Below, piece after piece: positions 1-9,835 of a stretch of 64,000 nucleotides of DNA. This stretch comes from Blastocatellia bacterium (GTDB taxonomy: Bacteria > Acidobacteriota > Blastocatellia > UBA7656). The position numbers and the translations under genes are program-made. Within the stretch, counting starts at the first letter, position 1. The number at the start of each line of letters is the position of its first letter. The stretch lies in assembly GCA_963765495.1 (NCBI GenBank), contig CAVXWP010000009.1:128001-192000 (forward strand), given 5' to 3'. The notes beneath the pieces are model-generated. The model did not search any database. It saw only the letters and a program-made list of their open reading frames with translations, and was not told where the DNA came from.

Positions 1-2
1 AT

Positions 3-2582
3 TTCAAGCCCCGAGGAGAGGGCGAAACCTACACTATTACGATTCCTCCGCCAAATGTGACCGGCTCTCTGCACATAGGCCACGCGCTCTGCTACAGCAT
101 TCAGGACGCGCTGATACGATGGAAGCGAATGCAGGGCTACAGAACCCTTTGCGTGCCGGGAACCGATCACGCAGGCATTGCCACTCAAAACGTAGTCGAG
201 AAGCAACTCCGCAAAGAAGGGCTTTCCCGTCACGACCTCGGGCGCGAGCCGTTTGTTGAGCGCGTATGGAAATGGGTAGACCAGTACGGCGGCGTCATAC
301 TCTCACAGCTTCAGCGGCTGGGCTGTTCGTTTGACTGGGACCGCACGCGTTTTACTCTGGATTCGCGTTACAGCGCGGCGGTGGGCGAGTGCTTTGTGCG
401 CTGGTGGGAAGACGGCTTTATTTACCGGGGCGTTCGGGTGATAAACTGGTGCCCGCAGTGTTTGACCGCGATCTCCGACATCGAGGTGCAGCACGTGGAC
501 CAGCCGGGCAAGCTCTATCATTTGCGTTATCCGTTCAAGGACGGTTCGGGCTATGTGGTCGTAGCAACGACGCGGCCTGAAACCATGCTTGGCGACACGG
601 CGGTTGCCGCAAACCCTAAAGACGAGCGATACAAGGCGCTTTTTGGCAAGACGATAATCCTGCCTCTTGTGGGGCGCGAGATACCGCTTATCGCCGACGA
701 TTACGCCAAATCCGAATTCGGAAGCGGCGCAGTCAAGGTGACTCCGGCACACGACGCAAACGATTTCGAGGCCGGATTGCGCAATAATCTGCCCCAGATC
801 ATCGTCATTGACGAACACGGGCGAATGAACGAGCAGGCGGGCGAACGCTACGCGGGTCTCGACCGTTTTGAGGCGCGCGAGCGTGTGATGGAAGACCTGC
901 AAGCCGAGGGGCTGGTCGATAAGATCGAAGATTACACGATTCCGACAGCCATCTGCGATCGCTGCAAGACCGTCATAGAGCCGCTGCTTTCCGAGCAGTG
1001 GTTTGTAAAGATGAAAGAGATCGCCCAGCCCGCCATTGATGTTGTCAAACAGGGGCGCGTGAAATTCATACCCGACCGCTACGAGCGGATATATCTGGAC
1101 TGGATGGAAAACATCAAGGACTGGTGTATCTCGCGGCAGCTGTGGTGGGGACATCGCATCCCCGTTTGGACGACCGAAGACGGCGAGTATATCGTGGCCC
1201 GTTCGGAAAAAGAGGCAATGGAGAAGGCCGCGGGCCGCCCGATAACTCAGGACTCGGATGTGCTCGATACGTGGTTTTCTTCTGCGCTCTGGCCGCAGGC
1301 TGTGCTCGGCTGGCCTGACGAGACCAAAGACCTTGCGGAATTTTATCCGACATCGGTGCTTGTCACATCGCGCGAAATACTCTACCTCTGGGTGGCGCGG
1401 ATGATCATGACGGGGCTTTACTTCAAAGATGAGATACCCTTCCCCGACGTGTATATCTATGCAACGGTCCTGAATGAAGAGGGCAAACGGATGAGCAAGT
1501 CGCTCGGGACCGGTGTTGACCCGTTGCAGTTGATAGATCAGTACGGGTCGGACGCATTGCGCTTTGCGTTGCTTGTGCGAACGGCGCGCGGGCAGGACAT
1601 ACGTTTCGCCAGCACAAAAAACGGTCGGCAGAAACAGGTGGAAGAGGCGCGCAATTTCGCAAACAAGATATGGAACGCCTCGCGCTTCGTATTGATGAAT
1701 CTCGGCGAATACGCATCAAGCGTGGAGGCGCGATGGGAACCATCCGACGCGCTCGCAGACCGCTGGATACTTTCGGAATTAAACAGGACCATCGGGCAGG
1801 TAACATCGGCGCTCGAAGAGTACCGCATAAACGATGTAGCACAGACGCTTTATCATTTCTTCTGGGATGAATTCTGCGACTGGTATATCGAGCTATCCAA
1901 ATCCTCGGTCACATCAACCGATGAGACCACGAAAGCACGGCTCGCTCGCAATCGAATAGTCTATGTGCTTGAAACCAGCCTCAGGCTCCTGCATCCGTTG
2001 ATGCCGTATCTGACCGAAGAGATATGGCAGCGCCTGCCGCACAAAGGCGATTCGATAATGCTTGCCGGCTGGCCCGCAACCGACGAGGCCAGAGACGACC
2101 GTGAGGCGAGCGAGCAGATAGAAACCTTGATCGCGCTGGTCACAAAGGTGCGCAATATTCGCTCGGAGATGAATATTCCGGCATCTAGCCGTCTGAAACT
2201 TAACATCGGCGCGGCCGATGAAAGGGCCCTGAGGATGATCGAAGAGAGCGCAGATCAGATCAGGCGTCTCGCGCGTGTTGAAGAGATCACGACAGATCGT
2301 CTTCCCGCCTCAGAGACCGCGGCGCGCGACATCGTGGCAGGCATCGAAATCGCCGTACCGCTTGAAGGGCTGATCGATATAAAGATAGAACGCGAGCGCT
2401 TGAACAAAGAACTGACGCGCAAGGATGATGAGGCGCGATCATTGGCCTCGCGACTCGACAACCCTTCATTTGTCGAACGCGCGCCTCAGGATGTGGTCGA
2501 ACAGACGCGCACGCGCCACGACGAGTTGATAGCCGAAATCGCCAAGATGAAGGCGACGCTTAAATCACTCGGCGAAAATTGA
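3..2582 (+). CDS. valS: Valine--tRNA ligase (5' end outside window)
   Basis: PPPNVTGSLHIGHA (HIGH), DWCISRQLWWGHRIP and RMSKS (KMSKS-like) motifs, C-terminal coiled-coil arm; frame is open to the window edge. Confidence 0.97.
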   Translation, partial: FKPRGEGETYTITIPPPNVTGSLHIGHALCYSIQDALIRWKRMQGYRTLCVPGTDHAGIATQNVVEKQLRKEGLSRHDLGREPFVERVWKWVDQYGGVILSQLQRLGCSFDWDRTRFTLDSRYSAAVGECFVRWWEDGFIYRGVRVINWCPQCLTAISDIEVQHVDQPGKLYHLRYPFKDGSGYVVVATTRPETMLGDTAVAANPKDERYKALFGKTIILPLVGREIPLIADDYAKSEFGSGAVKVTPAHDANDFEAGLRNNLPQIIVIDEHGRMNEQAGERYAGLDRFEARERVMEDLQAEGLVDKIEDYTIPTAICDRCKTVIEPLLSEQWFVKMKEIAQPAIDVVKQGRVKFIPDRYERIYLDWMENIKDWCISRQLWWGHRIPVWTTEDGEYIVARSEKEAMEKAAGRPITQDSDVLDTWFSSALWPQAVLGWPDETKDLAEFYPTSVLVTSREILYLWVARMIMTGLYFKDEIPFPDVYIYATVLNEEGKRMSKSLGTGVDPLQLIDQYGSDALRFALLVRTARGQDIRFASTKNGRQKQVEEARNFANKIWNASRFVLMNLGEYASSVEARWEPSDALADRWILSELNRTIGQVTSALEEYRINDVAQTLYHFFWDEFCDWYIELSKSSVTSTDETTKARLARNRIVYVLETSLRLLHPLMPYLTEEIWQRLPHKGDSIMLAGWPATDEARDDREASEQIETLIALVTKVRNIRSEMNIPASSRLKLNIGAADERALRMIEESADQIRRLARVEEITTDRLPASETAARDIVAGIEIAVPLEGLIDIKIERERLNKELTRKDDEARSLASRLDNPSFVERAPQDVVEQTRTRHDELIAEIAKMKATLKSLGEN

Positions 2583-2610
2583 TCTGGATTCGACAGAGGG
2601 CGCAAAAGAT

Positions 2611-2690
2611 TTTGGCAGAATTGGCAGGTTTAACAGATTTTTTCTTGGATTTTTCTTACAAATCCTGTTAATCCTGTTTATCCTATCAAA
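2611..2690. repeat. Inverted nonamer tandem-repeat element (AATCCTGTT family)
   Basis: ggcagaattggcaggtttaacagattt ... aaatcctgttaatcctgtttatcctatc. Confidence 0.6.
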
Positions 2691-2730
2691 TAATTCGGCT
2701 CCTTATGATTTAGAGGGAAATAGAAATAGA

Positions 2731-3582
2731 ATGGACCTCGATTCGGGTATCATTTACGCATACGCGGCCGACATGCTGAAGGAAGACCTCGGTCGCGGAG
2801 ACATCACTACGCAGGCAACTGTGCGCGGCGGACAGCGTGCGCGGGGGCGATTTCTGGCCAAGCAGGATTTCGTGCTGTGCGGTCTTGAACTCGCCGAAGC
2901 GGTTTTCGCAACTCTCGATCCGCAGATTCAACTTGAGTCGCGTGTCTATGACGGCGAGCAGATAGGTTCAGGCACAGAGTTCGCCATTATAGAAGGCCCG
3001 GCTTCGGTGCTGCTCACGGGCGAGCGAACCGCGCTCAATCTTATGCAAAGGCTCTCAGGCGTTGCGACCCTGACCAGAGCATTCGTTGAGCGCGTGGCCG
3101 GAACCACTGCTCAGATAGTGGACACGCGGAAGACCACGCCGGGGCTGCGCCTGATTGAGAAGTACGCGGTCGCAATAGGTGGTGGGCGCAATCACAGATT
3201 TGGGTTGGATGATGGGGTGCTTATTAAGGATAATCACATAGCGATGGCGGGGGGGGTGAAGCGGGCAATCGAGATGGCTCGTCGCGCTGTGCCTCATCTT
3301 TTGAAGATTGAGATAGAAGTCGCAAACCAGGCCCAGTTGCGCGATGCCGTCTCTACAGGCGCGGATGTGATTATGCTCGACAACATGCAACCCGATGAGA
3401 TACGGCAAAGCGTGCAGTTGATAAGAGAGCATTCCCCCGGCACGATCATAGAAGTGTCGGGTGGCGTCAACCTGGAAACTGTCCGCCAACTGGCGGAGTG
3501 CGGAGTTGATCTGATTTCCGTAGGCGCTATAACTCATTCGGCTACGGCAGTGGATATCAGTATGAAGGTAGTGCCTTTGTAA
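2731..3582 (+). CDS. nadC: Quinolinate phosphoribosyltransferase (nicotinate-nucleotide pyrophosphorylase)
   Basis: EDLGRGDITT, DTRKTTPGLR, NHRFGLDDGVLIKDNHI, IMLDN and SGGV motifs. Confidence 0.97.
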   Translation: MDLDSGIIYAYAADMLKEDLGRGDITTQATVRGGQRARGRFLAKQDFVLCGLELAEAVFATLDPQIQLESRVYDGEQIGSGTEFAIIEGPASVLLTGERTALNLMQRLSGVATLTRAFVERVAGTTAQIVDTRKTTPGLRLIEKYAVAIGGGRNHRFGLDDGVLIKDNHIAMAGGVKRAIEMARRAVPHLLKIEIEVANQAQLRDAVSTGADVIMLDNMQPDEIRQSVQLIREHSPGTIIEVSGGVNLETVRQLAECGVDLISVGAITHSATAVDISMKVVPL

Positions 3583-3631
3583 GCGCCCCGGCATCGAAGG
3601 GCAAAAATCAAAGAGAGCGTAAGAGTGAATT

Positions 3632-4042
3632 ATGACCAAGATCGGCGGCCAGACACGGTTGCGATTTGACAGCGTAAAACTACTTGAGCACGAAGATGGG
3701 GAGTGCCGCGCCGAAGTGGCCTTTTCATTTGGCGAGCGAATTGTAAATGCCTCCGCCACAGCAAATAACGAGGGAACAGGCCCTCTCAGAGCGGCGGCAG
3801 CGGCGGCTCTTGAGGCCGTAGAGCTGGCCGCCGGCAGCCGTTTCAATTGCGTGCTCGCGGACCTCGATCATGTTCATGCGCTTGGCAAAAATCTTATAGC
3901 CGTGCTCGTGAACGTAGAGTTTGAAGGAAAGCAGGTTCAGGTTTTCGGCAGTTGCCAGATAGCGGGCGACGAGCCGGGAGCGGCGGTCAAGGCCGCGCTC
4001 AATGCCACAAACCGATTCTTCGAACTTGCCATGCGTGAATAA
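3632..4042 (+). CDS. Hypothetical protein resembling the LeuA allosteric/dimerisation domain
   Basis: EGTGPLRAAAAAALEA ... G...D...AAVKAALNATNR pattern; co-oriented between nadC and birA. Confidence 0.5.
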   Translation: MTKIGGQTRLRFDSVKLLEHEDGECRAEVAFSFGERIVNASATANNEGTGPLRAAAAAALEAVELAAGSRFNCVLADLDHVHALGKNLIAVLVNVEFEGKQVQVFGSCQIAGDEPGAAVKAALNATNRFFELAMRE

Positions 4043-4211
4043 GGGCCGGGGGCCGGTATCAGAAGTAGGGGCCGGGGGCCGGGGGCCGGGGGTCGGTATT
4101 AGAAGAAGAGGTCGGGATCGATAACAGATGGAAGACCAGACTATCAGCGAATCACCGGGGCATCAGCGTAATCACCCGACCCCGACCCCCGGCCCCCGGC
4201 CCCCGACCCCC
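4043..4211. repeat. Inverted heptamer array (GGGGGCC)n ... (GGCCCCC)n overlapping the birA start
   Basis: gggggccgggggccgggggccgggggtcgg ... ccgacccccggcccccggccccgacccc. Confidence 0.8.
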
Positions 4212-4955
4212 GGCGAAGCCCCCCTCCTGTATTGCTTCGACAGCCTCTCTTCGACAAATGATCTTGCGCGTGAGATGGCTGCCCGTGGCGCGGACGAAGG
4301 GACTGTGATCGTAGCTCGCGAGCAGACCAGTGGGCGCGGTCGTAACGGCCGGACCTGGGCCTCGCCAAAGGGGCAGGGGCTCTACCTCTCTCTAATACTT
4401 CGCCCTCAATTAACGCCGGCCCGGTCTGCTGTCATCACGCTCGCGGCAGCCGTAGCCGTGGCTGAAACGCTTTCGCTCGATTATGGTGTCGCGGTTGATA
4501 TCAAATGGCCCAATGATGTGCTGGCAGGGAGCCGCAAAATATCGGGCATACTTGTGGAATCCGCCATCGAGAAAGATCGGCTTTTATACGCGGTATTAGG
4601 GATCGGGGTCAACCTCGGCCAGACAGAGTTCCCCGAAGATATAGGTCAGACCGCCACATCCCTGCTCATCGAGAGCGGGCTCCTGGTCACGCCCGATGAC
4701 TTCCTCGGATGCCTGCTTGAACGGATCAAAACCTGGTACGCGGCTGCGCTCGATAAGCCGTCCGAAGTGATAGCCGGTTGGGAATCGCTCTCAAGCTACG
4801 CAAGCGACCGCGCGGTTCGGATCGTATCGCCGGACGAGGTGATCGAAGGCATCACGCGCGGGCTTGCCGCAAGTGGCGCTCTGAGAATTGAACTTGTAAA
4901 TGGAGATATACGCGAGGTTGTTTCAGGTGAGGTGTCGCTACGCGCACGAAGTTGA
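4128..4955 (+). CDS. birA: Biotin--[acetyl-CoA-carboxylase] ligase (no N-terminal HTH)
   Basis: SSTND, EQTSGRGRNGRTW, IKWPND, KISGIL and GIGVN motifs. Confidence 0.95.
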   Translation: MEDQTISESPGHQRNHPTPTPGPRPPTPGEAPLLYCFDSLSSTNDLAREMAARGADEGTVIVAREQTSGRGRNGRTWASPKGQGLYLSLILRPQLTPARSAVITLAAAVAVAETLSLDYGVAVDIKWPNDVLAGSRKISGILVESAIEKDRLLYAVLGIGVNLGQTEFPEDIGQTATSLLIESGLLVTPDDFLGCLLERIKTWYAAALDKPSEVIAGWESLSSYASDRAVRIVSPDEVIEGITRGLAASGALRIELVNGDIREVVSGEVSLRARS

Positions 4956-4982
4956 GAGACTTCGATTTTCTTTGATCGAAAC

Positions 4983-5420
4983 TCACAATGCGCTTTCGCA
5001 TTTGTAATTGTCGGATGAGTACTTCTGAGCCGTTGCCAGAAGCGTGTTTATCTCAATCGGTTTGTGCAGCACTTCATCCACGCCTGCTGCCAGGGCGTCT
5101 TCGTCTACTCCGCCGCTCCCGGTCACAAGCACGATGGGAGTAGAAAGGTGATGATCGATTGCGCGTATCGCTTTCACAAGCTTCAGCCCGTCAATACCCG
5201 GAAGCAGATAGCTCAGGAAAATTATGTCGTAGTCTTTATTTTCCGACACGGCGTCTACCCCGCGCAGCCCATCAGTAAAGGTATCCACATCCCAATCGCT
5301 CGTGGAAAGAACTATCGTGAAGAGTTTTGCCACGCTCTCATCACCCTCGATTATGAGCGCCTTTCTGCGCCTAAACAACCCTGTCTCCCCCTTAAAGTAA
5401 TTAGATCGTGCAGGAATCAT
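4983..5420 (-). CDS. Single-domain response regulator receiver (atypical phospho-site)
   Basis: ALIIEGDE, YDIIFLSYLLPGIDG (canonical Asp position appears to be Ser), TPIVLVTG, VLHKP. Confidence 0.8.
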   Translation of the reverse strand: MIPARSNYFKGETGLFRRRKALIIEGDESVAKLFTIVLSTSDWDVDTFTDGLRGVDAVSENKDYDIIFLSYLLPGIDGLKLVKAIRAIDHHLSTPIVLVTGSGGVDEDALAAGVDEVLHKPIEINTLLATAQKYSSDNYKCESAL

Positions 5421-5589
5421 TTTATTGCGTTCGCTCTTGGAAAAAGTTGATCGGAACCGAAGACCTACCCCCGATTCAGACTCTGACTCTGGTAGGGGCT
5501 GATAGCGCCTAAAGATACATAACAACACCGATATCAAATTATAAAATTAATGTTACTACGAGAAGGAGGGGTAGAGAATCTCTTGGGGC

Positions 5590-5805
5590 TTATCTTTTGT
5601 TTGCCCTCTCTTCTGCCTGAACACGCGTTATTATATCGGCAATTTTTTGCTCTATTTTAAATCCCGCCTCGCAGTGCCTGCAACTGCGCCGGTCCTCAAA
5701 ATAGGAAAACTCGCTCCAGTAGCTGACGATGCCTGTTCCCCTGCACTCCACGCATCCGTCCTCTGCTCCAGGCGACGAGTTGAGCCTTTCTTCTAAAGCA
5801 ATCAT
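5590..5805 (-). CDS. Small zinc-finger protein (CxxCxGxG ... CxxCxxG)
   Basis: CVECRGTG and CRHCEAG; divergent from the XRE gene. Confidence 0.6.
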   Translation of the reverse strand: MIALEERLNSSPGAEDGCVECRGTGIVSYWSEFSYFEDRRSCRHCEAGFKIEQKIADIITRVQAEERANKR

Positions 5806-5877
5806 TAGTATTATCCCACCTGGCAATTTGACCACTTAAGTAATAAACTATGCGCATACTACGGCAGGAGAGCTTTA

Positions 5878-6384
5878 ATGTCAAATAGTATTTTTGAAAA
5901 TCAGAGCAGTATACTTGATGGAATTATCAAAAGACAGGTTCAATGTGGAGGGCGTGAAGAGCTAAAGGATTTTGTTAAGAGAATACTCAAACAGAAGAGG
6001 CTTACGCTCAAGGACGTGCAACAGCGTTCGGGAGGAAGCATAACTCAGGCATACGTGAGCGCCATAGTTAGAGGGGTATACACAAATCTCACGGTTGAAA
6101 AACTAAAGGCGCTGGCACGCGGGCTTGGCGTAGAGGAGGATAAGATTTTCCGTGTGGCTCGTGGCGTTTCAAGCGAGGAGGCATTTTCTGAGAAAGGCAA
6201 TAATCTGTATCAGATAACTTATTTTCTCGATTTGATGCAGCAGGTAGCCGACAATCCGCAGCTTTTGGAGATCATCGATGAGTTGTTAAGGATGCCGTCT
6301 GATACACAGGCCATCTTATTGAAGTACATAAAAGCGATCAAAGAACCCAAAGACCGAGACCATCTCAAAAACAAGATCGGTTGA
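5878..6384 (+). CDS. XRE-family HTH transcriptional regulator
   Basis: LTLKDVQQRSGGSITQAYVSAIVRG...NLTVEKLKALARGLGV. Confidence 0.85.
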   Translation: MSNSIFENQSSILDGIIKRQVQCGGREELKDFVKRILKQKRLTLKDVQQRSGGSITQAYVSAIVRGVYTNLTVEKLKALARGLGVEEDKIFRVARGVSSEEAFSEKGNNLYQITYFLDLMQQVADNPQLLEIIDELLRMPSDTQAILLKYIKAIKEPKDRDHLKNKIG

Positions 6385-6391
6385 ATTTCTC

Positions 6392-6471
6392 TTGTCCGTA
6401 GTCCGTCGCCGGTTGCCCGTGGTAATTTGAGCACTAAACCGTACAAACAACGACCAGCGGACCACGGACAA
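6392..6471. repeat. Degenerate inverted heptamer array (GTCCGTN)n
   Basis: ttgtccgtagtccgtcgccggttgcccgtgg ... caacgaccagcggaccacggacaa. Confidence 0.6.
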
Positions 6472-6482
6472 AAAAGCAATCT

Positions 6483-7283
6483 GTGAACAGCGTGAACGAA
6501 AAGAGTCTGATCAATCCCGCCGAAAGTTTGAACTACTTTAACTATTTCACTGAGGTCGAAGAGGAGTTTGTCCGCCGACGCGGAAAACCCCTGCTCATCT
6601 CTCCGATGGACTGGGCGCTCGTCGAAAGCTGGAAAAACGCGGGCATTCCGCTTCATGTAGTGTTGCGAGCCATAAATCAGGCTTTCGATTCCTACGACGC
6701 GCGGGCGCGAAAATTCCGTAAGGTCAACTCGATGTTTTATTGCCAGCAAGAGGTCGAGGCCACCTTTGCTCAGTACAGGCTGGCGCAGGTAGGCGAAAAC
6801 CCCGTCGAAACCGCAACGCCTCCGACCGGGGAGAGTCGGTTGCGGGAATCACGCTCAGCGCGTGAAAGGAGATCGGCGTTTCCAAAAGAGATATTGCTCG
6901 ATTTTCTGGCCCGTTCCGATACGGAGCTTGGCGCGGCTCAGATAGCGGCTGTCGAGTCCGAAAAATCGAGCCTCGGAGATACGATAGGCCGGGCGCGCAA
7001 TCGACTCGGGGAAATTCGAAAGCAGATCGAACAGGCCGCGCGGGCCGATGACGAAGCGCTTGAACATGACCTCGACTCGATTGACCGTCTGATTCTGAAC
7101 GGCCTTATCGCCGAGGGCGGCCAAAGCCATATCGAATCGCTAAGAGCGGAGGCCGAATCCCAGCTTCAGGCTTATCGCAAAAAGATGGACAAAGAGATTT
7201 ACGATCAGACTCTAAACAACTTCGTCTTTCGGCGCTTGCGCGAGACAAACCACATACCTCGTCTCAGCCTCTTCTATATTTAG
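6483..7283 (+). CDS. Hypothetical protein with a DnaD-like N-terminal domain
   Basis: YFTEVEEEF..RRG..LLISPMDWALVESW..AGIPL.VVLRAI..AF....KVNSMFYC resembles the DnaD/DnaB_2 helical motif. Confidence 0.55.
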   Translation: MNSVNEKSLINPAESLNYFNYFTEVEEEFVRRRGKPLLISPMDWALVESWKNAGIPLHVVLRAINQAFDSYDARARKFRKVNSMFYCQQEVEATFAQYRLAQVGENPVETATPPTGESRLRESRSARERRSAFPKEILLDFLARSDTELGAAQIAAVESEKSSLGDTIGRARNRLGEIRKQIEQAARADDEALEHDLDSIDRLILNGLIAEGGQSHIESLRAEAESQLQAYRKKMDKEIYDQTLNNFVFRRLRETNHIPRLSLFYI

Positions 7284-7378
7284 TGTGAAACGTGAATCGT
7301 GAATCGTGAAATACGGCTCGCCCGATAACAGCCATGTGTCTGAAAGTCACGCATCACGCATCACGATTCACGATTCAT
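7283..7378. repeat. Inverted heptamer array (CGTGAAT/CGTGATG family)
   Basis: cgtgaatcgtgaatcgtgaa ... tcacgcatcacgcatcacgattcacgattca. Confidence 0.85.
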
Positions 7379-7420
7379 TGTCGCTCGCCTTCCTCAGGTT
7401 CAAGCTGTTATGGTGAACGG

Positions 7421-8656
7421 GTGGAAAAACAATCGCCGGTTGTCGGAGATATTGTCGAATTGACTGCGGAGCGGCTCGCCTTCGGTGGAGACGCCATCGC
7501 ACATCACGAGGGGCTTGCCGTCTTCGTGATGCTTGCGGCCCCGGGCGACCGAGTGCGGGCCAGGGTAGTCGAGCGCAAGAAAAAGTATGCGCGCGCGGTG
7601 ATTGAAGAGATACTGACTCCCTCCCCGTTGCGACGAGAGCCGCCTTGCCCACACTTTGGCATCTGCGGCGGATGTCAGTTACAACATCTCACCTACGAGG
7701 CACAGCTTGAGGCAAAGGCTGGTTTTGTGCGCGACTGTTTGACACGCATAGGCCGAATTGATTGGCCTCATCAGATTGAGGTCATTTCCGCATCTGAGTT
7801 TGGATATCGCGGGCGCGCCCAGATAAAAATCGAAACCGCCCTTTCGGATGGAAAACGAAATCTGCGAATCGGGTTCAACAACGCGGGGTCGCACGCGGTG
7901 CGCGACATAGAGACCTGTCCTATTCTGATGCCCGAACTTGACGAGGCGCTCGGCAGACTGCGGTCGGCGCTCAAGGACACAGGCGGGGCCGAAAAAGAGA
8001 GCGGGTTGCCGATTATTTTATCCGAAGTCGAAATGGCGGCTGGCGATCGTGGGGTTTCATTCGAACCCGAGGTGGCAGGCTTGCCTTCGGGCGCTCTAAA
8101 ACGAAGGGTGGGCGGAGTCGACTACAAATTCAGCCCGGCCACTTTTTTTCAGGCAAATCCGCTGCTGCTGGAAAGGATGATAGTCGAAGCCGTGGGAAAC
8201 AGCATGGGCAAACTTGCGATAGACCTTTACGCCGGGGCAGGGCTTTTCACCCTACAGCTTGCCCGCCTCTATACCCGGGTGATAGGGGTCGAATCAGACG
8301 CAGGCGCGGCAGGGTTCGCCCGCGACAATCTGAAAGAAAATATGATTTCTAATGTTGAGTTTTACAACCGCCGCGTCGAGAACTGGTTAAAGAATTTCAT
8401 CGAAAAACGGAGCGAATCCGAGACAATAGACCTGATCGCGCTTGACCCGCCGCGCACGGGAGCGCCCGAAGCCATCGAGCACATACTTCGATTGAGACCC
8501 GCCGCCATTACCTATGTTTCCTGTGATCCGTCCACACTTGCTCGCGACCTTCGCGGGCTTCTGGAGGGCGATTACAAACTCGCAAGCATCAGGGCATTTG
8601 ACCTGTTTCCGCAGACCTATCACATCGAGATAGTAGCCGTTCTCAACCGATCCTGA
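7421..8656 (+). CDS. rlmD: TRAM-domain 23S rRNA m5U methyltransferase (RlmD/TrmA family)
   Basis: TRAM N-terminus, CPHFGICGGCQLQH Fe-S motif, FFQAN, DLYAGAG, LDPPR, YVSC and FDLFPQT. Confidence 0.88.
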   Translation: MEKQSPVVGDIVELTAERLAFGGDAIAHHEGLAVFVMLAAPGDRVRARVVERKKKYARAVIEEILTPSPLRREPPCPHFGICGGCQLQHLTYEAQLEAKAGFVRDCLTRIGRIDWPHQIEVISASEFGYRGRAQIKIETALSDGKRNLRIGFNNAGSHAVRDIETCPILMPELDEALGRLRSALKDTGGAEKESGLPIILSEVEMAAGDRGVSFEPEVAGLPSGALKRRVGGVDYKFSPATFFQANPLLLERMIVEAVGNSMGKLAIDLYAGAGLFTLQLARLYTRVIGVESDAGAAGFARDNLKENMISNVEFYNRRVENWLKNFIEKRSESETIDLIALDPPRTGAPEAIEHILRLRPAAITYVSCDPSTLARDLRGLLEGDYKLASIRAFDLFPQTYHIEIVAVLNRS

Positions 8657-8665
8657 GAGAAGAGA

Positions 8666-9286
8666 CTATTCCTGATGCTGCTCCGACGTATTTACCGGGC
8701 TCATCACTTCGCTCTGGATACCGGTTGATGTTTCTACTCTGACCGATTCGGGGTTTGCCCTCGTGCGCTCCGACAGACCATCGTTATTGATAATGCGCGA
8801 GACGATTCCTAGATCGCGGGCCTGCCCGGACGTAAAATAGTGATCCGCCATGTCAGAGAAAAACAGCCGTCGAGCCTCTTCCGCCGTCAGGTCGGTGTCT
8901 CGAGTATAGACGCCGAGCAGTTGATTGACGGTGCGCTCCAATTGATCCACGCGATCTCTCAGAAAGGCTCGCGGGCCGTCGCTTTTCCAGCTTATATCGT
9001 GCGACATGAACTCGGTGTTGGGATAGCTGGCACGGTTTGTCCTGGGCGCGGCAAGCAGGACGGTCATCGCCGCCGAGTGGACCTTGCCGAGAGCTACCGT
9101 ATAGATTTCGCAAGGAGCGTTTTGTAAAACATCGTAGATAGCCAGGGCATCGGTCACGCTGCCGCCGCACGAATTGACGTAAATGGTTATGGGTTCGTTG
9201 CTCTCTTCAAACAACTCATACATTTGAGCGATAAGTTTTTCAGTCCGCTCATTGTTTATATCGCCAAATAAATAAGCTCTCCGCAT
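8666..9286 (-). CDS. ClpP-family protease
   Basis: YVNSCGGSV, ALAIYD, VHSAA (Ser), FMSHD (His), DHYFTS..A..LGIV (Asp). Confidence 0.85.
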   Translation of the reverse strand: MRRAYLFGDINNERTEKLIAQMYELFEESNEPITIYVNSCGGSVTDALAIYDVLQNAPCEIYTVALGKVHSAAMTVLLAAPRTNRASYPNTEFMSHDISWKSDGPRAFLRDRVDQLERTVNQLLGVYTRDTDLTAEEARRLFFSDMADHYFTSGQARDLGIVSRIINNDGLSERTRANPESVRVETSTGIQSEVMSPVNTSEQHQE

Positions 9287-9835
9287 CTTGCCGGATTTCA
9301 CTCCTTTCAGGGCCGTGATGGATGGAAGTATCCTGCTCTGAGACAGAATGCGACAGTCCCGGGATTTCAATTACAACTACTTTTTTGGAGGCTTCTCAAA
9401 CTCGTCCGGCGGGGGCCAACCACGCCGAATGCCGCGTTTGATACCGCGAGTATAGACACAACCGCCAGGGTTTATCAATCCTTAATCCGAGAGCCGGGGG
9501 TTGAGAGGCTTCAGATTTGAGATGCCTCAGCCCCGAAAAAGGTTGAAAACGACCGGGCATTGACCAACAATCCTGCCTGTCAGTGAAGAGTTAATTGTTG
9601 CATTTTTACTGCATAGTAGATTGTTGCTTAAAGCTGTGATATTGTTAGTATGAAAGCCAGATGGGACGCAGAGTAGCAGCCCTCGCAACTCAAAAAGTTA
9701 TAGCAGGATAATGACCCTCTTAAGGTTAAGGTCTAAGGTGGCTTTTATCGTTACGGGCCTGGGCTTTTGCGATCTCTGTGGGCAGAAAGCGCGTCAGACG
9801 GGCACACACTCCATATATTAGGACGGGAACAGATT

